Position numbers and translations under genes: made by a program. Positions 1 through 9,613 of a stretch of 64,000 nt of DNA are shown here, one piece after another; position 1 is the first letter of the stretch; each line of letters begins with the position of its first letter. This DNA is from Azolla caroliniana (Eukaryota; Plantae; Polypodiophyta), in contig JBHGNT010000009.1 of the NCBI GenBank assembly GCA_043228905.1, positions 372,001 through 436,000 on the forward strand. Direction: 5' to 3'. A model generated the notes under the pieces. It was not told the origin of the DNA and searched no databases. It saw only the letters and a list, made by a program, of their open reading frames with translations.

Positions 1-310
1 GGTCGAGGCGGCTGAAATGCACAGAAATGGCCGAAATGCAGCCGGAATGGTCGGAGTGGCTGAAATGCGCCCAGAAAGGCTGGACAACTGACGCCAAAAC
101 AACGGGCCGGATAGTATCGGCGACAGATAGAGGAGCGACGACAACCAACGGTCACAAGTGGCCGGTAGACGACAGAGACAAAGAAATGGAGATAGTGACG
201 GAGAGACCATGGAATGAGAGAAGGAACTAGAACACACAGAGAAGAAAGTAGAGAGTATAGAAGAGAAGGCAGAGAAGGCTTAAGACAGAGGATGGAGAAA
301 AATGAGCAAG

Positions 311-346
311 AACACGTTCGCGTTCACAAGTGGAAGGATTGCGCAT
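311..346 (+). repeat. Left terminal inverted repeat (36 bp)
   Basis: Reverse complement matches 9578-9613 at 35/36 positions. Followed by an inverted copy of its internal motif (acaagtggaa 326-335 / ttccacttgt 346-355). Confidence 0.92.
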
Positions 347-559
347 TCCACTTGTAGAATCTTCTTAAAATGAAGCAAATACACCCTCTCTACAAAAATT
401 GGATGCACTAGTATCACATGTTCCTCAACTTGATGAGAATTTGCAAATATAAAAATACATGATAGATCTACGAGTGGAGATCATTAGAAATCATGCAAGT
501 TTAGACATGTTGATAAGTTAATGTAGGCATAATAAAGTTCAACTATGGCTCAATATGGC

Positions 560-965
560 ACTACTGTGCGACAAGGGAAACACTAACTTAAAGACTTATA
601 TTAATTAGGTAAGTTTTACAAAAATATGAGGTGTACTTGTATCCATACTAATAAAATGAGATATAATTTATACTTTGACCCATACGTGCATGTATGTAAT
701 TGTGGAAAATGTAGGATAGTGCACATTAGGATAAGTGATTGGAATAACTAACTTATTAAAGTATTCAATACTTGTATTTAAAGTTGATCTAATTTATTCC
801 TCAGTTTGTTCATATGAGATCAAACCATATGTGTATATAATTGTGCACAATGTAAGGCAGTGAACTTTAGGATAATGTCGTGGAAATAACAAACCTATTA
901 GGCTTTCATACTTGTATTTAAAATTGGTCTACTCTATTGCTTAGGTGATTCACACAAGATCAAAC
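560..965. repeat. Degenerate ~135-140 bp subterminal tandem repeat (about 3 copies)
   Basis: tacttgtat(tt) recurs at ~634, 769 and 909 with similar surrounding sequence (taggataa...ggaataac...gatcaaac). Confidence 0.55.
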
Positions 966-1358
966 TCCGAACGATAACGCATCTGGAACCATTATCAACA
1001 CACTACACAATCTAAGCAGCAATGGAATAGAAACATAATAGTTTTAACAATAGAAGACAAAGATCCATAATAACAACATGGACAGTCATGGCAACAATTA
1101 TAGGGCCATGTTCTGTTAAGGTTAGCTTGGACCAAAATCAGCCTCCATTTAAACTAGTTCATGTTTCTCCATAAGTTTGGTAGTCAACTATGCACGCGGT
1201 GAAACCAATGTCATAAATCTACTAATCAAGTATATAAAAATAAAATTGAAACATATAGAAGATTATAAAGAATAGAATCCACTAGGTAAAACCCAATATT
1301 TGTATTAATAATGTGAAATCTTAACAAATCGTCAGTGTCATATTCTTCATAGAGTCTA

Positions 1359-4300
1359 TTACATAGCAATCAATTCATCAACGTCATTTTCTTCATCATC
1401 TTGTGTAGAACTGTCTTCGGCTATACGTGCATTGGTTTCCCCTGTTAGCCGAGCCAACGAAATATCTTCTATAAGCTCATCATCAAGCTCTATTAGCTCC
1501 CCCGGTTCGCCGGCTAACGGAGGAATAGGCTCTCGCGAAGCAGGTTGAAACCTTTCTGTATTGGCGAGGTTCTTTGCACCGACCTCCTCATCCTGGTCTG
1601 GGCACTCCCACAAAGCCTTAATCCGCATATTAATAAATATAACTTGGTCCTCGTCCTTCTCCAATGCAACTGTATTTCTAAACAGCTTCAATGCACATGC
1701 TGACGTAGTTCTTGTGATGTAAGTAACAAGAAGATTTAGTTGTCAAACGAAGAAAAAGTGATTAGTTATCTCAAGATCGTTACCCTAGTTCGAGAAATAC
1801 CTGTGCCAGAAAAGAGATCTAATATCCAGTCTCCTTCGACAGAAAACATCTCGATCAAGCGCATCATAAGTCGTTGAGGTTTTTGGTATGGGTTGACAAG
1901 TCCCCGTTCTGTCGTGGTGACATGTCGCAATTTCCGAGTCACTGCTGGATATACCAACAGATTTGAACCTCCCACTTCATTAGAATGCTCTTTGATTCTC
2001 TGTTTCTTAATTTCATCGAAGTAGCCAACCGTTATGTATTCAATGGCATTAACGAACCGAAAAGTTGGCCCTCTATTTACATTGCTCTTGATCCTATAAA
2101 AAATAATACATCGAGTTAAGAATAGATTCAACAACCTTAAGAAATGCAATATAGTGAAAGACACCTATAAATAATCCTTACCATGCAAGGTTCTCAATGC
2201 CATGGCAACGAGATCTCAAAGCTTGAGCTACCGAGTACCCTTGGTCCATACTATGAAAGACAACTATTCGCCACAAGGATGCGGTCGTTAGCTCAGCGAA
2301 ATCCTTGACCATCTTCTCCAATTGTTTAAACCTAAACGGTTCATCGTCGTATGATGACCCAACCATTCAAAATCCGTAAGGAATATCCGCAATCATTAGC
2401 GTATATTCCTTCTTTGGCACCTTCTGGATCAAGTCGATGACATCACCGCAAACCACATTGTAGTAAAGATCTCTTGTAATATCTTTTTTGTGGCTAAATT
2501 TTTTAAAGGAGCCATCTTCCTCCATTTCGTACGCCTTGACTAAGCGACGATCCTTTTCTTTTCTGGCTCGTTCGAGATGTGCAATGAAGGATGTAGGGAA
2601 ATCGTGTATATCCTTAACTTCTCCTTGTTTCTTGCCTCGACACGGTTTCTAATAGAAGCAATAGGACATTAGGTATTATTATACAAGCTCTACATATGAT
2701 GAAAGGGTAATGAAAAAACATGAATACTAACCCAATCCTTGAATGCAATAAAATACTCTGATAACGCCTTATACGAAGACGTTAGAGGATAATCCTCGGT
2801 CACTTGTTCCCAAGTTATACATCCAAGTTGTTTCATCATAACTTCTTGGATCTTCATGTACACCTTATGACTGTAAAATTAGAAATCAAGATTAGAACAT
2901 TGAATTACACTAGATAGACTACAATTTCAGTATTTGAGGGACTTACTTATTGAACTCAGTGACCATTTCTTCAAGGCTTAAATCTTTTGCCACAACCCTT
3001 GACAAAACCGACACAAGAAGCTGCTCGTCCTTAATACCTTGCATCGCTCTCCATAGAGACAACTTCATGTCATCTGCCGCTTCTTCAATTGTCAAGTCAA
3101 TTTTCTTGGCGGCTTGTGACTTTAACTCTAGTTGAGGGTCAACCCTACATTTCTTTTGTCGTTGACCCTTTACCTCCTTATTCTCCCACATTGAGAAGAT
3201 TTGATCTTGTAGGTCCCATACTTCTCCATCTCTAAACGCCAATTGAAACCAAGACTCATACTTTCGAAGACCATCGGACCTAACATTATCATCTACCACA
3301 ATGCCGACTTCATGCAGACATTGACGTCGAAGGCCTGGATGTAACTTCACACCAAACTTTTGTTTCACATCTAAATACTCGTGGTGGAAGAACCGTATAC
3401 GCTCAATGGACGACATTTTCTACCTATAGTCATTATCATTATTATGGTCCCATGCCAACAGCTTAGCCTCTTCGGTTGTGAGCCCAACATAAATTTTGCA
3501 CTCGGCATACTTGAAGAAGAAAGTGGTTGGATGTTCTCTCACAAGTTGCCGACGTGCCTCTGCTGAATGCGATCCACCAATGACAAAATAATTATATTGA
3601 TCATGTTTTCTAATATCAAAATCTTCAATGGTTTCACATTCTTCAGGATCTACCATAACAATAAAAGGCACCACAGTGGCATGAGGATTAATTTTCATTT
3701 TTTTCTTGAGATTTTGAACATGCATGCGGTGAGGCTCTCTAATCTCAAGTGGTCTTCGACCTGTTTTTTCATCAATAGGGGGCCGATGGATGTGTGTTAT
3801 AGGTAAATTAAATACTTGCCCTTTCCTGACCAGCTTCCGTTGCATTAACTCTCTCCTTATTTTATTCTGCTCGGATGACAAAACACCCGAGGCTAGCTCA
3901 GCTCCTAGCGTCCCCTTATTATCCTCCTCTTCGTTTTCACTTGTTGAATCCGTATCCGACATTTTCGTTGTCTTCTTCTTTGCTGGTCTTGACTGGACTT
4001 TGGAAACCTTTTTTGTTGGCTTCAATGGGGAGGGCACTTCATCTCTTAGAGTTACATGGCCTTGTATATAAGGCCTCAAGGTAACAATAAGGTTTTGTGA
4101 GCTATCAAGTGCTTTTTTGAACACTTCTGGCCCACAAGATTCTTTTACTAAAAGGTCTTCTGAAAGGAACACTTTACGTACCCCCTTGGAGCACTCTATC
4201 ATTACCAATATGTTGGCCGAATCTGCATCTTCGTAGTCAAATCGTAGAATACGGCCATACATAAATGGGGTTTCCTTTCCAAGTTGCCCCTCACCCTTCT

Positions 4301-4487
4301 TCTTTGCTATATACAATACGACTTTTTTCTTTGAGTCGACATATTGCATACACCATTCCTTGTCCGTTAGATCTCGGTCAGGAAGGTCTTCACCTCCAGT
4401 TGCGGCGACAAGTTTCTTTTGGCTAACATCACTATGTGGCTGAGATTTTGTCTCTTCGTTAAAGAGAAGCTTTTTTCCTCTCTTCAT
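1359..4487 (-). pseudogene. ParB/Srx-like domain + beta-class N4-cytosine/N6-adenine DNA methyltransferase fusion (spliced, ~930 aa; this copy disrupted)
   Basis: Exons 4487-2947, 2870-2732, 2648-2182, 2093-1801 and 1711-1359 join in frame (2793 nt) across 76-89 nt introns. ParB-like segment: FNLPITHIHRP...VPFIVMV...YFVIGGSHSAEARRQL...GLTTEEAKLLAWDHNNDNDYR(Q)KMSSIE. MTase motifs in beta order: VVCGDVIDLIQKVPKKEYTLMIADIPYGF (motif IV, DIPY at 2387-2376), WIKSN...NAIEYI, YQKPQRLMMRLIEMFS, GDWILDLFSGTGTTSACALKLFRNTVALEKD (motifs I-II). Lesions: TAG at 3422-3420, TGA at 2369-2367, and the last acceptor reads AA rather than AG (1713-1712). Confidence 0.87.
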
Positions 4488-4994
4488 GGTCTCAGGAGCT
4501 ACCTTGTATGCGAAGCTTTATTTTCTTCACCGGTCGGTCCGACAGGTTTTCAAACGACCTATTTAAGAAAGTATATGCAAAAACATAAGTTAGGTAGTCA
4601 CGTAGATTAAGGTTGTATATTAACATGAAGAACAGTTCCCAGGAGCAGTCCTATATTAAAAAATCTATTATAGGCAGGGCTATTCAACCTAGAAAATATA
4701 TATCGTAATAAGTAAAAAGGGTTATATATTCTTTTAAATAGTAGGTATGACTTATATAGATTCCAAGCCTATATTGACGAGAATTTGCTATTGTAAAGGC
4801 AATTTGTGGATCATTTTCTACTATTTTAAGCTAAAGTAGGTCATAAAACACCTATAATTAGAGCATGTTTTTTTTTAAAAGTAAGGAAAGCCAACATAAA
4901 AAGACTGATTTTGCCAGACAATTTGATAACTTTTCCATCCCAAAATTATTTGTTACCCCAAAAATACAATTTTTCTCTCTCAAAGCCTTCTTAT

Positions 4995-5546
4995 ATACAG
5001 GAACTCGATACGGCGTATCGAGGTCCTCTTTAAAACCTACACTTTAAACAGGAACTCGATACGCCGTATCGAGTTCGTATTTAAAACCTAAACTTTAAAC
5101 AGGAACTCGATACGGCGTATCGAGTTCGTGTTTAAAGTTTGGATTTTAAACAGGAACTCGATACGGCGTATCGAGTTCGTGTTTAAAACCTGCACTTTAA
5201 ACAGGAACTTGATACGTCGAGTTCCTGTTTAAAGTGTAGGTTTTAAACACGAACTCGATACGCCGTATCGAGTTCCTTTTTAAAATCCAAACTTTAAACA
5301 CGAACTCGATACGCCGTATCGAGTTCGTGTTTAAAACCTACACTTTAAACACGAACTCGATACGGCGTAACTCGATACGGCGTATCAAGTTCCTGTTTAA
5401 AACCTACACTTTAAACATGAACTCGATACGGCGTATCGAGTTCCTGTATAAAAAGCAAAATTAAATTATGAACTCGATACGCCGTATCGAGTTCATGTAT
5501 AAATATTTGTATTGTATACATGAACTCGATACGGCGTATCGAGTTC
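4995..5546. repeat. Array of ~11 palindromes (GAACTCGATACG[C/G]CGTATCGAGTTC) with 51-bp period
   Basis: Cores start at 5001, 5052, 5103, 5154, 5205 (5-bp deletion), 5251, 5302, 5353/5369 (partial duplication), 5419, 5470 and 5522. The palindrome extends to TTTAAACAS...STGTTTAAA, with 8-bp linkers between units. Confidence 0.97.
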
Positions 5547-5596
5547 TTGAGAAACGAAACATATTTACAAAAATGTCCACAGTGTCAGAGGCCTAC

Positions 5597-5631
5597 CTGG
5601 AGTCCTCGCGCTCGATTCTCTTTGAAGACAT
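5597..5631 (-). CDS. Possible first coding exon (MSSKRIEREDS) of the ParB-MTase gene
   Basis: ATG at 5631. Donor CAG|GTAGGC at 5597/5596 can splice to acceptor TAG|G at 4559/4558, giving ...EDSRSFENLSDRPVKKIKLRIQG, but this frame stops before joining the main ORF. It could be a uORF or reflect a frameshift. Confidence 0.35.
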
Positions 5632-5759
5632 GTTTGATCGTGTGGAAGTGGAGGCGGAGATCGCGCTTTCGTGCTTTGTGCTCTGTGTGCTTTGTGTGCT
5701 TTGTGTGCTCTCTACGTTCTGTGTGCTCTGTACGCTCTGGTGAGTGAAATATGACGAGG

Positions 5760-6474
5760 TCTTCCTATTTATAGGGATTGAACACATTGGTTAAAGTAAC
5801 CATAGTCACCTTAACCAAGGTTGGTAACTTTGAGGATAGTTAGTTGGTAACCATAGTCACATTAACTAGAGAAACTTATGATTGTATTAATGATTACAAA
5901 GTCAAACTACCATATTGATCAATCTTTTATAGTCATAACAACCTACAATGACTTCAAAGGTTATGAATGAGACAATGATAGAGGTTCATGAATGTACCAA
6001 TGATTGATTACTAAAACCAACAATTTTTATGACTCTCAAATGTTGTGTATTAAAGATGTGGGCATAAATTAACCAATGATTGATAAGTCTAATATTTAAA
6101 ATGGTGAGCATTAAAGAACCAATGAGTGAGACGTTCTATATCAAAATGGGTGCCATTAATTAGCCAATGATTTTAACATTAATCCAACATATTCATGGCT
6201 TGTTAATGATTAGTTTTATATGTTACTTGATTTAACTTTATATAGATCTAGTTTATATAATAATTGATATTTTAAGTACAATTACTTTATTAAAAATAAT
6301 TTTTTGATGTATTGTATTAATAGAATATTACATAATATAGACATTCTATTGATTTGGCTTTTGTTTAGAGAGAAGTTTATGTTTAGAGAGGAGTATATGT
6401 TTAGAGAGGAGCTTATTAGTTTTTTTCTTTCCCCTAAGCCCATAACTTAGAGAGCCCTATCTAGACCTTAAGCC
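5760..6474. promoter_or_regulatory. Putative bidirectional promoter region between cargo gene and transposase
   Basis: Minus-strand CTATAAATAG TATA box at ~5765-5774, several (A)CCAATGA/CCAAT motifs at ~5996-6170, and three gtttagagag repeats at 6363-6410 just before the transposase ATG. The two genes are divergent. Confidence 0.45.
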
Positions 6475-9255
6475 ATGAGTGAAGATTCACCGTTCTCAAT
6501 TGAAGAATATTGTTTGTCATCAGACCTATCGTTTTCTACTGAAGAGTATTGTTTGTCATCAGAGTCACCATATTCGATTGAAGAATATTGTCTGTCGACC
6601 GACTCACCATATTCTATCGAAGAATATTGTCTGAGCTCATCTACAGGGAATGTAAATAATGACACATGTGAAGAGTTCTCTATTGAAGAATACGATATTA
6701 ATAAAGATACCGAGAATGAAGGAAGTGCCCAGGAAACATTGAATAACATTGGTGATGGTCACAGCAAAGAATTAGACTGTAACAAGGTTACACCAACCTC
6801 TATGCAGGAAGAGAAATCTGGGAGCCCTATGCATATTAGAAGAATCCCACGAAGAATTCGTTTAGCTAGATTTAGCTTGGTGACATCAGATAAACAGATT
6901 GGATTTGATGTCAACAAAATATGTTGTGCCCGTGGTTGTATGTCTATGATTGGAAAATCAAAGTTGCGAGAATTAAGGCGATACTATTTTTCGATGACCG
7001 GTGATGAGCAAGACACTTACCTCGGGTCACATATGCAACTAGTATCTGACAAATGTACGGGGATCAAAGTATCATTCGAGTATTATATCTTCCATGCGCA
7101 ACAGATATGTAGAGTTGCATTCAAAATTGCGTTATGTGTTAGTAACATGCGGCTACATAGAGTACAACAACGTCTACTTAGCGGAGATCAGATGCTCAAT
7201 TGTAAAGAGGTTCCAAGTATGAAAGGTGCAATTGGAAGACTAGCTATTGGCTGGATGAAAACTTACTTTTAGTTAAATTGTGAAGTAATGCCCACTACAG
7301 GTAGGATGCATCTTTCTGATAATTATACACGTCGGGAAGTTTATGATGTCTATCGATCTTATATGCTGGGCTCACCTAATAAGTCGATCACATATAGCCA
7401 ATTCACAAGATTATGGAGAGCTCGGTTTTCAAATGTTATTATTCCTCGTAAAGTACGTATGGGGTATTGCTCCATTTGTGCAAATCTTAAAAGTTTGGCT
7501 AAAGGTGCAAAGACATCAATGGAAAAGGATACAAGTAAGAAGTTACTACAAGAGCATCGTGAGGCACAATCCTTAGAAGGAAGGAAGGCGATGCATCATA
7601 GAGAGAAGTGTTTGAAGAGGCCCGAACAATACATGTGCTTAATGATAGATGGCATGGACCAGAAGAAGACATGCTTGCCGCATATGCGGAGGCTCCCCAA
7701 AGATGTCAATGATGAGTGCCTTGTTCAAATGCACTTGGTGGGATGCTTGGCTTATAATAGGTCTGTTCGACCTCACGTCTTCATTACTTACCCCAATGTT
7801 CACAATGACCCTAACCTAACAGTTACAGTGATTCACCGAGTTTTGATGTCTTGGGGACAACCTTTCCCCCCTGTTCTATACATTCAATTGGACAATACTG
7901 CTAGAGAGAACAAAAATTCAACTGTATTTGGCTATCTAAGTATGTTGGTCAACCTAGAATTGTTTAGGAAAGTGAAAGTCAATTTCCTTTTGGTTGGCCA
8001 CACACATGACCATATAGATCAGATGTTTAGCACATTCTCCAGACAGTTGTCTCGGCATGATGCTTTCACTTTACCTAAACTATTTGATGTCATTTGTGAT
8101 GCTTATACACCACGCCCAAAAGTGTTACACTTGAAGGAGGTATATGACTTTAAGAGATATATATTAGATGGGGGTGGTGGGAATGTTAAAGTGCTTGCTC
8201 AGTTAAACAATATAAGTTTCAATCACATTTTTTTGATAAAGAAAAATGGAATAAGTGGTTCTACACTTTTGTATGCCAAACAATATTCATCTTCTACAAC
8301 ATGGGAACCTAAAGGTGGTTGCCAGTTATTACTTTGTATGCCGAGTACAATTGTCCATGGAGCTAAGCAAATGCCAATTGAGAAGAAAGGACAGTTGCAG
8401 AGCGACTTGGTATCAGAACAAAAACGGTCATGGCTCCAAGCCTTAGAAGAAAAAAGAAAGCATATTGAGGCCGCCAAGAAATATGCCGCACAACAAGACA
8501 CATCATGGTGGGATGTATTTTATAGTGATCAGAAAGAAATTATAGACAATTGTGTATCTGTTGATAATTGGAATTTGGAAACGCCATTCACATGGTTGTT
8601 GCAACATGATCGCGTAAATAGAAGTCCGGAGCAACTAGTAAATGCGATTAATGACAGCTTGGTCCATCCACAACAAAGAGACATTTATGTGGGACCAAGG
8701 ATGACCAAAGTAGCTGAAGCTAGATGGCAAGGAAATTTGCAAGAGCTCACCGCGGGGATGTTGATTGCAACGCCGGTTGATGAGAACTCACATGGCCACC
8801 AATTTTGGGTTGGTAAAATTCTAGAAGTGCTAATGCATGAAATAGAAAACACGATCAAGTCTATAAATGTTCATTGGTACAACACTAGAAGTGCAAATGC
8901 TTTTACAGGTAAGTATACATTGGAGATGATTGAATGCCAAACAAGAAGGGGAGGTAGGAAGAGGAAGCGAAACATTCGTAACACCTCGACCCTTGATATC
9001 TCTGATGTGGATATCATCGTGTATGACTTCACACTTACAAAAGCCGGACGATTAAGGAAGTCAACAATAGATATAATAAAAGAAAAATTACCAGGTCTAC
9101 AAGGTGGCTCGAGTCAAAGGCAAACGAGATCTGCTACATATAATCTAGAGTCAAACCATTTGGTTTATGACGAAGATAATGCACTGATTGGTACATCCGA
9201 GGATGATGAGGAGGAATCGTCATTGTATATTAGTTATAGTAGTGATTCTCCGTAA
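6475..9255 (+). pseudogene. Sola/DUF7869-like DDD transposase (~926 codons, one in-frame stop)
   Basis: ORFs 6475-7272 and 7288-9255 are in the same frame, separated by TAG at 7270-7272. Motifs: CCxxxC and C...F N-terminal Cys cluster, FxxLW, CSIC zinc knuckle, MIDGMDQKK (D1), YIQLDNTARENKN (D2), FLLVGHTHDHIDQMFS (D3). Lies inside TIRs. Confidence 0.85.
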
Positions 9256-9577
9256 AGGAGTGATCATGAATGTATATTTGGCTATTAAGTGTAACTACAT
9301 TCCGCTTGTAACAAATCGAGTAATATAAAATCATGTGTTTTGAATTCTTATGATTTCTAAAAAATTGTTTCTTATAAAATAACATTGGTTGTGAAGTTTG
9401 TGATATAAATTGAGAATGTATCTTTTTGAAATTCGTCTTTTTTTAGTTACTTCTAAATCACGAAAATAGTGGATTTTTAACCTTTTTCATAGTATGTTTG
9501 AACATGTATGATACTGGTATCAATGTGTTTTGTAAAATCATTGAAAAACTCCTAAAATTTCCCTTATCCTTCCATTT

Positions 9578-9613
9578 ATGCGCAATCCTTCCACTTGTGA
9601 ATGCGAACGTGTT
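9578..9613 (-). repeat. Right terminal inverted repeat (36 bp)
   Basis: atgcgcaatccttccacttgtgaatgcgaacgtgtt followed by CAAG. Preceded by a degenerate direct copy of the internal motif (atccttccatttatg, ~9566-9580). Confidence 0.92.

Larger units (their letters stand above)
311..9613 (+). mobile_element. Sola-like (DDD/DUF7869-type transposase) DNA transposon with ParB-methyltransferase cargo gene
   Basis: Seen: 36-bp TIRs at 311-346 (aacacgttcgcgttcacaagtggaaggattgcgcat) and 9578-9613 (its reverse complement, 1 mismatch). CAAG lies immediately outside both ends (307-310, 9614-9617), and both flanks are similar purine-rich sequence. A transposase ORF lies inside. The Sola assignment is inferred from the transposase motifs and the 4-bp TSD. 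Confidence 0.88.

Noticed and set aside
1766-2164. ORF-track proteins 1359-1691, 1766-2164, 2178-2366, 2943-3416 and 3420-4487 as separate genes
   Set aside because: They are exons or stop-split pieces of a single spliced gene. Their listed termini include intron sequence.
1359-4487. Bacterial contamination or chimeric assembly as the source of the MTase
   Set aside because: The gene has four in-phase spliceosomal introns and lies inside TIRs with a TSD in plant repeat DNA.
4995-5546. CRISPR array
   Set aside because: The inter-repeat sequences are short and near-identical to one another (or inverted copies), not unique spacers. There are no cas genes, and the context is eukaryotic.
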